From: Dehalococcoidia bacterium | GTDB taxonomy: Bacteria; Chloroflexota; Dehalococcoidia; Plut-88900 | Direction of reading: 5' to 3' | DNA length: 64,000 bases | NCBI GenBank assembly: GCA_965207225.1 | Contig: CBDBLV010000003.1 | Coordinates: forward strand, 192,001-256,000 | Part shown: positions 1-9,310 of the stretch, one piece after another | Position numbering within the stretch: position 1 is the first letter of the stretch | Layout of the letters: every line of letters starts with the position of its first letter | The notes under the pieces: generated by a model | What the model was told of the DNA's origin: nothing | The model's input: only the letters and a program-made list of their open reading frames with translations | Databases searched by the model: none | Made by a program: the position numbers and the translations under genes

Positions 1-112
1 AACAGGGAACCGCTTATGGGGCTGATTCTACCAGACGTGCGGTCGAGCAACAAAAGAAGGTGTGGAGGTTTCATTTTGTGTCGGGGCGGGATACCCTACG
101 CCCGGAGGATTT

Positions 113-913
113 ATGCCTGTACTGAGCAAGAGCCGTGAGGGTCGTAAAGAGATAATCGGCGTCGTGCACCTGCTGCCGCTCCCCGGGAGTCCCGGCTGGA
201 AGGGAGACCTTGACGTTGTCGTGGAGCACGCCTTAAGGGACACCGAGGCCCTCGCCCGCGGCGGCATCGACGCCGTGATATTCGAGAACTTCGGCGACGT
301 TCCTTTCCTGCGCGGGCCCCTGCCTCCCGAGACCATCGCAGCCATGGCAGTGGTGATCGAGGGTGTGGCCAACAACGTCGAAGTTCCCTTCGGGGTGAAC
401 GTCCTGCGCAACGACCCCATCGCTGCCCTCGGCCTGGCCTATGCAACAGGTGGCGAGTTCATAAGGGTCAATGTTCACACCGGCGTAATGGTCACCGACC
501 AGGGGATCATCGAGGGTCGGGCCGAGGATACAGTGAGGAGAAGAACTGCACTGTCAGCACCCGTCAAGCTCCTCGCAGATGTCCTGGTGAAGCACGCCGT
601 GCCCCTGGGAGAACAGGACATCCGGGACGCTGCAAAAGCCGCTGTTTACAGGGGAATGGCCAATGCGCTGATAGTGACGGGGCCTTTTACGGGGAAAGAG
701 GCCGACCTATCGGACGTAAAGGCGGTGAAGGAGTCGGTGCCGGAAGGCACTCCGGTGCTGGTCGGGAGCGGAATCACCGAGGCCAATATCGGGAGCTACC
801 TGGAGTGGGCAGACGGGGTGATTGTGGGGACAAGCCTGAAGAGGGCTAGCGTGGTATCCAATCCGGTCGATGTGGAGAGGGTGGTGAGGCTCGTGTCGGC
901 GGGGCGGGGCTAG
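113..913 (+). CDS. BtpA/SgcQ family TIM-barrel protein
   Basis: Motifs IGVVHLLPLPGSP, ENFGDVPF, GVNVLRND, FIRVN, ADVLVKH, DGVIVGT; GGAGG at 104-108 supports ATG 113. Confidence 0.9.
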   Translation: MPVLSKSREGRKEIIGVVHLLPLPGSPGWKGDLDVVVEHALRDTEALARGGIDAVIFENFGDVPFLRGPLPPETIAAMAVVIEGVANNVEVPFGVNVLRNDPIAALGLAYATGGEFIRVNVHTGVMVTDQGIIEGRAEDTVRRRTALSAPVKLLADVLVKHAVPLGEQDIRDAAKAAVYRGMANALIVTGPFTGKEADLSDVKAVKESVPEGTPVLVGSGITEANIGSYLEWADGVIVGTSLKRASVVSNPVDVERVVRLVSAGRG

Positions 914-914
914 G

Positions 915-1024
915 CAAAGGAAAAGCCCCGAGGCGCTTCAGCCTTACGGCAGTCCCGGTGGACAACCCGGGAACCTCGGGGCTCGGTGCCTGTGCGGATT
1001 CCGTAAACGGAACCCATCGGGCAC
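915..1024 (-). terminator. Branched terminator-like structure of the minus-strand small transcript
   Basis: AGCCCCGAGG (924-933)/CCTCGGGGCT (974-983) 10-bp stem enclosing two hairpins, followed by TTTCCTTT on the minus strand; additional hairpin at 986-1024. Confidence 0.55.
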
Positions 1025-1042
1025 AACATCGTGTCAAACCGT

Positions 1043-1087
1043 TTACGTTACAGACACCTCACCAGTCCGTTTATCATCTATTTCCAA
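1043..1087 (-). CDS. Putative 14-aa small ORF MEIDDKRTGEVSVT (TTG start)
   Basis: AGAAAGGAGGTGATC on the minus strand (1090-1104), with GGAGG 7 nt before TTG at 1087; TAA at 1043-1045. Confidence 0.45.
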   Translation of the reverse strand: MEIDDKRTGEVSVT

Positions 1088-1240
1088 TTGATCACCTCCT
1101 TTCTTGATGTACTTCCAATATAAGGCCATTGTGGTGAATCGCGCAATACCGGACTTGCACAAGCCGATGTGTATTGCTGAATGGGTGGGGCGGGTCTATC
1201 ATGTCGAGCAAAATTTTTCGAGCCGGGGAAGGGGCGCAAC

Positions 1241-2494
1241 ATGGACTCGGCAAACGGAGAAGCGGGATGTACCTCAGGGCCCTTGAAGGGAATTCGGGTC
1301 ATCGAGCTGGCCGTATGGCACAACGGCGGCGCTGCCGGCTACATGCTCGGAGACCTGGGTGCCGACGTCATCAAGATTGAGCAGCCCCGAGTCGGAGACC
1401 CGAGCCGGGGCGTCACCCAGGCCTTCGGCCACAACCTCGAACTGCCCGGGGGTCGGACCCTGTGGTTCGAGATGGTGAACCGGGGCAAAAGGGCCATGAC
1501 TCTCGACCTCAAGAGCCCTAAAGGCAAAGAGGTCATGCACAAGCTCATCGCCGAGGCCGACGTCTTCTTCACCAACTACACCTCGGACGTCGTCGAACGT
1601 CTGGGTGCCGACTACGAGACCCTCTCCGCCATCAATCCCCGGCTCGTCTGGGCCATAAACACCGCCTACGGCACCCGGGGCCCGCTGGCCAACAAGCACG
1701 GCTACGACTCATCCATCCAGGCCCACACCGGCTATGCCTATCGCATGGGCAACGCCGAGGGCGGGGACCCCATAATCGTCGGGGGCGGCACCTTCGACCA
1801 GTTGGGCGCAACGATGCTGGTCTACGGCATCATGGCCGCGCTGATAGCCAGGGAGAAGCAGGGCGTCGGGCAGGCGGTGGAAGCCTCGATGCTGGGCAGC
1901 TCCGTACACCTGCAGCACGACAACTTCCACATGTACCTCTGGAAGAACGATTCGACCTTCGGAACATCCCCACGGGCTTCACTGGACCCCTTCGTAAACT
2001 GGTACAGGTGCGCTGACGGCAAATGGATCATGCTCAACGAGCCCCATCCCGAGAGGGTCTGGGAAGCGTTCTGCTCCACCATGGGGCTGGACAGGTATGT
2101 GGACGACCCCCGCTTCGACACCCTCGCCGTAAGGCTGGAAAACGCGGCGGCCTTCAGGGACATCCTGATCGAGACCTTCGGGTCTAGACCCAGGCAAACG
2201 TGGACCGACCTGTTCACCAAAAGGAAGGTACGGTTCGTCTACACCCTGGTGAATACGGTGGCCGAGTCCGCCGCCGACCCCCAGGTCCTTGCCAACGAGT
2301 ACGTGGTCGAGACCCAGCACCCGACAATGGGCGCCACCAGGACCACGGGCCTGCCGATCAAGTTCTCCAGGACACCGGCGGAGGTCGGGCATGCGGCCCC
2401 CGAGTTCGGCCAGCACACGGAAGAGGTCTTGACCGAGGTGTGCGGGTATGGCTGGGAAGAGGTCGTCGAGCTGCGGGAGTCGGGCGTGGTCTAG
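1241..2494 (+). CDS. Class III CoA-transferase (CaiB/BaiF family)
   Basis: PLKGIRVIEL, LGDLGADVIKIE, NRGKRAMTLDLK, ADVFFTNY, APEFGQHTEEVL; start inferred at ATG 1241. Confidence 0.92.
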   Translation: MDSANGEAGCTSGPLKGIRVIELAVWHNGGAAGYMLGDLGADVIKIEQPRVGDPSRGVTQAFGHNLELPGGRTLWFEMVNRGKRAMTLDLKSPKGKEVMHKLIAEADVFFTNYTSDVVERLGADYETLSAINPRLVWAINTAYGTRGPLANKHGYDSSIQAHTGYAYRMGNAEGGDPIIVGGGTFDQLGATMLVYGIMAALIAREKQGVGQAVEASMLGSSVHLQHDNFHMYLWKNDSTFGTSPRASLDPFVNWYRCADGKWIMLNEPHPERVWEAFCSTMGLDRYVDDPRFDTLAVRLENAAAFRDILIETFGSRPRQTWTDLFTKRKVRFVYTLVNTVAESAADPQVLANEYVVETQHPTMGATRTTGLPIKFSRTPAEVGHAAPEFGQHTEEVLTEVCGYGWEEVVELRESGVV

Positions 2495-2506
2495 CCTGCG
2501 CTTATA

Positions 2507-3787
2507 ATGGCTGCCAGTACTATGGCAGCCATATCCCGGGAAACCTCCCACCAGCGTCCCCCCGCCGAGGATCCGATACCGCCGTACCGATGGGCGGTCA
2601 TAGGGGCCATGTCATCGGGCATTGCCACCTCCATGGCGATGCTCTTTTTCATCGGTCTCCTTCTCCCCGACATCTCCGAGGAGATGGGCCTGTCCCCAAC
2701 ACAGCAGGGTCTGGTGGGGTCCTCCGCATTGCTGGTGAACCTGGTGCTTGTTATGCCGATAAACAGCCTGATGTCCAGGTTCAGGCCCCGTCGCATGCTC
2801 ACCTTTGCCCTGCTGGTAGTCGCCGGGTCGGTGTTCATCCAAGCCCGGGCCCCGGTATTCGGGGTGCTGATTCTGGGCAGGGTTGTCCTGGCCCTCGGGA
2901 CCATGTTCACCCAGGCCCCGAGAGTCCTGCTCATCCAGCAGTGGTCCAACCGTCGCCAGATGGCCATGACCAACGGCATCCTGGTGGGAAGCGTTGACAT
3001 GATGTTCGGTGCGGTGTCATTTATGACGCCGTTCATCGTCCAGTGGTCAGGAGGGTGGAGGCGGGCGCTGGATACGTGGGGTTTTGTGTGCATTGCTCTG
3101 ATGCTGGTGTGGTTCGTAGTGGGTCGGGAGCGGGGGGCGGAGGAGCAGAGGGCCCGGGTGAAGGAGCAGGAGGGCACGCCCCTGAAGACCGTCCTGAAGT
3201 ACCGGGAGCTTTGGTATGCCAGCATAGGCCTCTTCGGAGTGGTGCTGGCGGAGATGGCCTTCAGCGTGTTCTGGCCGACCTTCGCAGAGACCCAGCTGAA
3301 CCTGTCGGCTACGATGGTCGGGGTGGCGGTCGGGATTTCGGCCATAGCCGCCGCCCCGAGCTCCATCGGCATCAACGCCGTGGCCTTCTTCAACCGCAAC
3401 AGACCCCTTGTCCTGGCTACCTGCGGGATCGCCAAGTTCATCCTCATCCTGCTGTTGCTCTACACCGAGCCCGCAGCCCTCGTAATCCTCCTGACGACGC
3501 TCAAGGGCATCTTCTCTGCCTTCTTCGCCGTGCTGATGGGCATGGTATTCTACCTGCCCAACATCAAACCCAGGGAGGTCGCCGTCGGGCAGGCGTTCCT
3601 GAGGTTGTCCATATCCACCGGCGCAGCCCTGGGGCCGATGATGGTGGGGTTCGTCCAGGAAGCGACGGGAGACCTGCGTCAGGCGCTGTTGTATACGGCC
3701 TTTGCACCGCTGGCCCTCGTCCTGACCTCGGCGCTGTTGTGGAAGCCGGGTCGGGCCTCCGGCCTCGAGCCCCGGGCCACGACCTAG
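2507..3787 (+). CDS. MFS transporter
   Basis: About 12 hydrophobic segments, YRW N-terminal motif, GGWR loop; directly downstream of the CoA-transferase. Confidence 0.85.
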   Translation: MAASTMAAISRETSHQRPPAEDPIPPYRWAVIGAMSSGIATSMAMLFFIGLLLPDISEEMGLSPTQQGLVGSSALLVNLVLVMPINSLMSRFRPRRMLTFALLVVAGSVFIQARAPVFGVLILGRVVLALGTMFTQAPRVLLIQQWSNRRQMAMTNGILVGSVDMMFGAVSFMTPFIVQWSGGWRRALDTWGFVCIALMLVWFVVGRERGAEEQRARVKEQEGTPLKTVLKYRELWYASIGLFGVVLAEMAFSVFWPTFAETQLNLSATMVGVAVGISAIAAAPSSIGINAVAFFNRNRPLVLATCGIAKFILILLLLYTEPAALVILLTTLKGIFSAFFAVLMGMVFYLPNIKPREVAVGQAFLRLSISTGAALGPMMVGFVQEATGDLRQALLYTAFAPLALVLTSALLWKPGRASGLEPRATT

Positions 3788-3869
3788 AGGAACGATGCGT
3801 AAGCCATAACTCTGACATCGTCATCATCCCCGTCCCCGTCCATGCTTAAGCGCCCCCGCCGTATTGAGG

Positions 3870-5441
3870 CTAGCCGGAGTCTGTCACCCGCTCTCCATGA
3901 AAGCTGCCCATCCCCGGCATGGTTACCGTCACCCGCTCGCTGCGTCCCGCGTCGGGCTGGAACTCCAGGACCGCTGGCCATTCCAACCAGACGAAGCTCC
4001 CGTCCTCAGTCTCCCGGACCTCCGACAGGTAGGGCGGAAACAGCTCGCCGCTCAAATCTTCTTCCCCGTTGGAGTAGAGCTTGTCTCCCCGGCGGATGAT
4101 GTCCAGGGCGGGGTGCTGACCGAGAAACCCGACTATCGAATACCGACCCACATGATTGTCGAACCGGGAGGGGTCAGGCACAGCGAATTCCCTAGACATT
4201 GACGGCGGAAGCGCCACCTCCGCTATGGAGACGGTGCGGTGGAATATCAGGCAGTCCCAGGCAAGTCCCGGCGCCTGGGGGGTATAGCGAAGATTGTGAC
4301 GTGTCATCCGCTCGGTGTTCAGCCAGTCCGCCACGGGCCCTGAGTCCGGCGCCCCACGCAGGTCCAGGAAGAAGCAGTCCGGCCCGACCTGGTCATAGGC
4401 GAAGGCGTTGGAGTCGGGTATCGGGTCTTCGCCCTTGACGGAGTAGGTGCAGGAAACGCCGATGTACAGCAGCTTTTCCCTGCCTATACGATTTGCAGCG
4501 TAGGAACCCATGGAGGTCCCTTTCTGGATTCGCACCGGGTACAGCTGCAGGTGGCTGTTGTGGGCCCCGACAACCATCCGGGCCCCGGGGCCTTCACGTT
4601 TCAGGATCCATTCCAGGGAACAGGCCATGGAGACGTCGCGGGTATTCCAGAAGGCCCGGAACCCGTCGTCGGAATCGAGGTCCCCGGTCTGGGCCAGGGT
4701 CAGGAACAGGTCGCGTAAGATCTCTGCACTCCTCAACGCCCATTCGTAGTCGTCCTGTGAACTGGCCTCGATGTAAGCCAGCCTGCGTTGTTCGATCAGG
4801 TTCACAACCAGGGTCGATTCCGCGATGAGCCTGCGCCAGGTTTCTTCTTCAACGTCGCCCCGATTGTCAAAATTGATGCCTCGGACCGGCCCTCCAAAAA
4901 TAGTCTCCACTTGGTCGGCAAGACCGTCATCCACCTTGCGGCCAAATTCCACCACCGCATTGAAAGCGTGCCGTGCATGGAACCAATTCCCGGAGCCGTC
5001 CATCCCGTAGAAGCGCAGTTCCCGGTCACGGTCGGGGTTGGCGTTGTAGTCCCTCATCCACTGGATAAGCTCCTGGAGCTCCGCCCATATCCCCCAGGCA
5101 TTGGTCACCGAGTTGACCACCGTATCCCAGTCGACATCCGCCCCAGCCACGTATTCGTGGATTGCACGGCTTTCAACCAGCCCCGACTCCAGCACGAAAG
5201 TGTTGAATCCGTGCTCTTCGACAAGGTACTTGAACACACGCGCACGGATGCGGTTCCATTCGTGCAGGTAGTGGGCGTTCTCGCCGATTGCTACGATGCG
5301 GGCGTCCCCGACCACCTCCCCCAGGAACCCCAGATCGTCATAGTTCTCATCATGCCGGGGAATGGAGAGGGGAATGGCCTCGCCCCGCGCCCAGGCTATG
5401 AAGGGTCCTGCGTCGACCGCCGTGTTCTTTTCATCGGCCAT
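3870..5441 (-). CDS. Erythromycin esterase (EreA/B-like) family protein with C-terminal extension
   Basis: ARIVAIGENAH, LVEEHGF..FVLESG, FYGMD, RD..MA, AHNSH; SD GGAGGA at 5451-5456 supports ATG 5441. Confidence 0.85.
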   Translation of the reverse strand: MADEKNTAVDAGPFIAWARGEAIPLSIPRHDENYDDLGFLGEVVGDARIVAIGENAHYLHEWNRIRARVFKYLVEEHGFNTFVLESGLVESRAIHEYVAGADVDWDTVVNSVTNAWGIWAELQELIQWMRDYNANPDRDRELRFYGMDGSGNWFHARHAFNAVVEFGRKVDDGLADQVETIFGGPVRGINFDNRGDVEEETWRRLIAESTLVVNLIEQRRLAYIEASSQDDYEWALRSAEILRDLFLTLAQTGDLDSDDGFRAFWNTRDVSMACSLEWILKREGPGARMVVGAHNSHLQLYPVRIQKGTSMGSYAANRIGREKLLYIGVSCTYSVKGEDPIPDSNAFAYDQVGPDCFFLDLRGAPDSGPVADWLNTERMTRHNLRYTPQAPGLAWDCLIFHRTVSIAEVALPPSMSREFAVPDPSRFDNHVGRYSIVGFLGQHPALDIIRRGDKLYSNGEEDLSGELFPPYLSEVRETEDGSFVWLEWPAVLEFQPDAGRSERVTVTMPGMGSFHGERVTDSG

Positions 5442-5570
5442 AATCGGGTGTCCTCCTTCGATGTTATCCGAGAGTATACGGGTTAACGATAATCCCAGGT
5501 TATCGGAAGCTCCATTGGGGTAAAGTACGTTGAGCCGCGACTCCCGGGCCATAACGCAGGGATAAGGTGC

Positions 5571-6215
5571 ATGAGCAGACAGACAGGAGACCCCTTCCGC
5601 CCCGAGTACTTCAGGAGAGAGGACGAAAGGCCCGACGTACTCTTCTACGCCGAACCCCGCCTTGTAGTCCACATAGACGCACACGCCATCCGGGCCATAG
5701 GGGACTACCTGTCAGAGACCCTGCCCTCCGGGGGCGTGATACTGGACCTGATGAGCAGCTGGAGGTCCCACTTGCCGGAGGACCAGGCGAGAGGGAAGGT
5801 GGTCGGGCTTGGGCTCAACGGCGTTGAGATGAACGAAAACCCCCAATTGGACGACGCCGTAGTCCACGACCTTAACGCCAGTCCTGCCTTGCCCTTTCGA
5901 GATGCGACCTTTGATGCTGCAATTCTGACGGTGTCGGTGCAGTACCTGACCAGGCCCGAACAGGTATTCGCAGAGGTGGCGAGGGTCCTGAAGCCCGGGG
6001 CCCGGTTCCACGTAATCTATTCCAACCGCATGTTCCCAACCAAGGCAACCGCCATCTGGAAAGCGCTCTCGGACGGGGACAGGGCGAAACTAATCGGGGC
6101 ATATTTCCGGCGGTCGGGGAGATGGGACGAACCCAAGGCACGGGACATCACCCCGAGAACCGGGGCCTACAATGACCCGGTGTACGTGGTTTCGGCAGCG
6201 TCAATTGACAAGTGA
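5571..6215 (+). CDS. Class I SAM-dependent methyltransferase (type 11-like)
   Basis: FYAEPRLVVHID, ILDLMSSWRSHLP, GLGLN..E, SVQYL, SNRMFPTKA. Confidence 0.88.
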   Translation: MSRQTGDPFRPEYFRREDERPDVLFYAEPRLVVHIDAHAIRAIGDYLSETLPSGGVILDLMSSWRSHLPEDQARGKVVGLGLNGVEMNENPQLDDAVVHDLNASPALPFRDATFDAAILTVSVQYLTRPEQVFAEVARVLKPGARFHVIYSNRMFPTKATAIWKALSDGDRAKLIGAYFRRSGRWDEPKARDITPRTGAYNDPVYVVSAASIDK

Positions 6216-6233
6216 CAATGGCGACTTTACATT
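6205..6233 (+). promoter_or_regulatory. Sigma70-type promoter of higBA, probably leaderless
   Basis: TTGACA (6205-6210), 17 nt, TACATT (6228-6233), then 6 nt to GTG 6240. Confidence 0.6.
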
Positions 6234-6239
6234 CTTGAT

Positions 6240-6530
6240 GTGATCCATTCTTTCAGACACAGCGGGCTCAGCGCATTCTTCAGTAAAGTGGAGAAGCAAC
6301 AGGTCTATACTGAGCATGCCAAAAGGCTAAGACGCGTCTTGACAATGCTCAACAGCAGTACGTCCATGGAGAGTCTGAATTTTCCAGGACTTCGGATTCG
6401 CCGGCTTTCGGGAAAGAAGAATGGTCATTACGCTGTGTTGGTGTGGGACAATTGGTGGATTACCTTTCGCTTTAAAGACGGAAACTTATACGATGTCGAC
6501 TACAGGACTTTCACTGTGGAGGCGATGTGA
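6240..6530 (+). CDS. higB: HigB-type toxin (plasmid maintenance system killer family)
   Basis: MIHSFRHSGL, PGLRIRRLSG, NWWITFRF..G...DVDY; overlaps the antitoxin start. Confidence 0.8.
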   Translation: MIHSFRHSGLSAFFSKVEKQQVYTEHAKRLRRVLTMLNSSTSMESLNFPGLRIRRLSGKKNGHYAVLVWDNWWITFRFKDGNLYDVDYRTFTVEAM

Positions 6531-6847
6531 TGCCGATGGCCGACCCCTGTCATCCCGGCGAGATAATTAGACACGAATGCCTGGCGCCATTGGACCTGCA
6601 CGTTAAAGGGGCGGCCAGGGAGTTGGGCGTAAGTCGGCAGGCGTTTTCGAACCTGCTCAACGCCAGGGCCGGGGTGTCGACGAGCATGGCTTTCAGATTG
6701 TCCAGGGTGTTCGGCTCTACGCCCGAGACGTGGCTCGCCATGCAGACGGCATACGACCTCTGGCAGGCGCGAGAACGGGCAAAAGAGACCAAGCCCGATG
6801 ATTTACCGGGCCCGGCGCTGCCTAGCCGGACCCCGACTCCTCCGTGA
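6527..6847 (+). CDS. higA: HigA-type antitoxin (XRE HTH)
   Basis: HPGEII, AARELGVSRQ, MAFRLSRVFGSTPETWLAMQTAYDLWQA. Confidence 0.88.
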   Translation: MMPMADPCHPGEIIRHECLAPLDLHVKGAARELGVSRQAFSNLLNARAGVSTSMAFRLSRVFGSTPETWLAMQTAYDLWQARERAKETKPDDLPGPALPSRTPTPP

Positions 6848-7493
6848 TCCCCACACTCCCCAGGGCCGCAATAATCTCTTCCCGGCTCAGAAATGCCCCG
6901 AACTTGATGTGCCGGATCACACCCTGCTCATCCAGGATGAACGTCCACGGAAGACCCGGCACCTGGTAGGAGTTCGCGACCTCGCGGCGGGTGTCGAGGA
7001 CCGTGGGCATCGTCAAGCCTAGCAGCTCCTTGTATCCCTTTACCCTCTCCGCGGACTCCCGGACGTCCACCGCCAGCACCACCAGTTCATCACCCAGCGA
7101 CTGGTGGACGCTCTCTATCTCCGGCATCTCGAAGCGGCAGGGCCCGCACCAGACCGCGAAGAAGTTGATGAAAACGGGCTTCCCCCGGTAGTCGCTGAGA
7201 ACAATGACCTCGCCCTCTTCCGTCTCAAGCCGGAAGTCCGGCGCAAGGGTCCCGACTTCCGCGCCTATGGGAAGGTCGTCGGGATTGGGTGTCTCCTTGA
7301 TGCCCAACCTCAGCGCCGACTCCGGCGTCGGGGTGGCGGTGGGGATGGGAAGGGAGGTGGGTGTAGGTCTGACGGTTGGCTCGGCAGTAGGCTCGGGGGT
7401 GGGGGTGTCCGCGGGGCTGGAACACGCTACCGCGATGAGCAGGGTGAGGGCCAGGAGGAGAAGCAGTAGTCGTATGCACCTTTTGCCGTTCAT
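6822..7493 (-). CDS. TlpA/ResA-like thiol-disulfide oxidoreductase lipoprotein
   Basis: Lipobox IAVAC, PT-rich linker, APDFRL, NFFAVWCGPCRFEMP. Confidence 0.88.
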   Translation of the reverse strand: MNGKRCIRLLLLLLALTLLIAVACSSPADTPTPEPTAEPTVRPTPTSLPIPTATPTPESALRLGIKETPNPDDLPIGAEVGTLAPDFRLETEEGEVIVLSDYRGKPVFINFFAVWCGPCRFEMPEIESVHQSLGDELVVLAVDVRESAERVKGYKELLGLTMPTVLDTRREVANSYQVPGLPWTFILDEQGVIRHIKFGAFLSREEIIAALGSVGITEESGSG

Positions 7494-7564
7494 GGTATGA
7501 GGGGTATTATAGCCCTTGACCCGAACAGAGTCCCCGAGTTACTCGCCACACAGATATTTCCACA

Positions 7565-8938
7565 ATGACGGCAACCGTAATCAAGAACACGACAATCGTG
7601 ACTGGAGGCCCGGGCAGGACCGTCCTTCACGACTCTGCGATTGGGATTGAGGATGGAAGAATCGCCGCCTTGGGCTCTTCCGATGAAGTCATCGCCCGGC
7701 TCCCGAACGCCGAGGTGATCGACGGCCGGCGAAAGGCCGTGTTCCCGGGCCTGGTGAACGCCCACACCCACCTCCTGAAGACCATCAACAAGGGCATCCT
7801 GGAAGACACGGGGTTCCCCACCACCCTCCGCTTCCCCGAAGACACCCGGGGCCTGATGGGCAAGGAGGAGGATAACATCTTCGCCGTGCTGGGGATTATC
7901 GAATCGATACGCAGCGGGGCGACCTGTGTCCTGGAGATCGAGCGGGACATCGCCAACTACGCCGACTCCCTCGCCGCCACCGGCATGAGGATGGTCCTCG
8001 CGGAATACGTCGAGGACGTGGACATGGACCTGGCCCGACAGAGCCGCTACGAGTTCATCCCAGCCAAGGCCGACGAGGGAATGCGCAAGAGCGTCGACCT
8101 CATCGAGGCCTGGCACGGCAAGGCCGAGGGCCGGGTCACGTGCATGACCTCCCCCTCCACCCCCGAGTACTGCTCGCCCGAGCTGCTGCAGGAGAATCGT
8201 CAGGTGTCGGACAGGTACGACATCGGGATGACCGTCCACCTCAGCGAAAGCTACGACGAGGTACAGGCGGTGATGCGGACAAGGGGTGTCAGGCCCACCC
8301 AGTACCTCTACGTCAACGGCGCCCTGGGCCCGAGGGTCGTGGCGGCCCACTGCCGGTACCTGGACCAGTCGGAAATCGCCCTTGCCGGACAGACCCGCAC
8401 CAACGTCTCCTTCAACCCGGCCATCGCCGCCCGGCGAGGCGCAGCAGCCCCGGCCACGGAGCTGGATGCGGCGGGATGCAACATGGGCATGGGCTCCGAC
8501 AACATGGACGAAAACATGCTCCACGTAATGCGCACCGGCCTCTTCGCCGAGCGCGTGCGCCGCCACACGCCCATGTCGCCCCAGCCCGAGCAGATGCTGG
8601 AGTGGGCCACTATCGGCAGCGCCCGGGCCCTGGGCTTGGGGGACGAGGTTGGAAGCCTGGAGGTCGGCAAGAAGGCCGACCTCTTTATGATAGACACCAT
8701 GCGGCCCCATCTCGTGCCCAACCACCGCATAGTGTCGGCCTTCATCCACAACGGCCAGGCCGACGACATAGAAGCCGTGATGGTGGACGGGAATTGGTTG
8801 ATGAGGGATGGGAAGCTCTTGACCATCGACGAGGAGGACGTCGTGGCCCGGGCCGAGGAGATGGGCCAGGCAGTCTGGCGCCGGCTCCTCGATCGAAATC
8901 CCTCGGTCCACTTCCCCTTTGCGCTTCCCCCTCGGTAG
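7565..8938 (+). CDS. Metal-dependent amidohydrolase (MTA/SAH deaminase/AtzB-like)
   Basis: PGLVNAHTH, VHLSES, AHC, GSDN, GSLEVGKKADL. Confidence 0.9.
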   Translation: MTATVIKNTTIVTGGPGRTVLHDSAIGIEDGRIAALGSSDEVIARLPNAEVIDGRRKAVFPGLVNAHTHLLKTINKGILEDTGFPTTLRFPEDTRGLMGKEEDNIFAVLGIIESIRSGATCVLEIERDIANYADSLAATGMRMVLAEYVEDVDMDLARQSRYEFIPAKADEGMRKSVDLIEAWHGKAEGRVTCMTSPSTPEYCSPELLQENRQVSDRYDIGMTVHLSESYDEVQAVMRTRGVRPTQYLYVNGALGPRVVAAHCRYLDQSEIALAGQTRTNVSFNPAIAARRGAAAPATELDAAGCNMGMGSDNMDENMLHVMRTGLFAERVRRHTPMSPQPEQMLEWATIGSARALGLGDEVGSLEVGKKADLFMIDTMRPHLVPNHRIVSAFIHNGQADDIEAVMVDGNWLMRDGKLLTIDEEDVVARAEEMGQAVWRRLLDRNPSVHFPFALPPR

Positions 8939-9012
8939 CGCCATCGGCCCCGTCCTGATAATATCCCTCGGGCCCCATTCGCGAGAGTTCCACCACGTCA
9001 AGGAGGACTGAT

Positions 9013-9216
9013 ATGCCTATAGTGAGAGTCGAGATGCTGCCCGGCAGGAGCGAAGCGCAGAAGTCCGACCTCGTGAAGGCCATGACCGACGCCATGGTCA
9101 ACATCGCCGGCACCCCCTCGGCTGAGTCCGTCCACGTCATCATCACCGAGACCGCGGGCGAAAACTGGGCCATGGGCGGCGAGATGCTGGCCGAGAGGAT
9201 GAAGGCCCGGTCCTAG
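9013..9216 (+). CDS. 4-oxalocrotonate tautomerase family protein
   Basis: Catalytic Pro-1 (MPIVRV), GRSEAQK, WAMGG; SD AGGAGG. Confidence 0.9.
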   Translation: MPIVRVEMLPGRSEAQKSDLVKAMTDAMVNIAGTPSAESVHVIITETAGENWAMGGEMLAERMKARS

Positions 9217-9310
9217 GGCGCATCCCTCCCTTCAGGCAAGCCTTTCCTTCAAGTCGTGCGCCGGGCGCACGATTTGAGGACTCTTTGTCCGGAAAGCAAG
9301 GTGGACGACC

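Noticed and set aside
1-60. c-di-AMP (ydaO) riboswitch-like words GGGAAC..TGGGGCTGATTC
   Set aside because: Truncated by the window edge, and the downstream conserved elements are missing.
1090-1104. 16S rRNA 3' end or rRNA gene fragment
   Set aside because: Only the anti-SD 15-mer matches; the helix 44/45 sequence expected upstream is absent. A minus-strand SD explains it better.
5442-5684. Extended N-terminus of the esterase ORF
   Set aside because: It overlaps the divergent methyltransferase; a clear SD supports ATG 5441.
7490-9001. Long antisense ORFs (also 11906-12895, 47241-48452, 53463-54821, 54203-55261)
   Set aside because: Typical high-GC shadow ORFs overlapping well-supported genes, with no family motifs.
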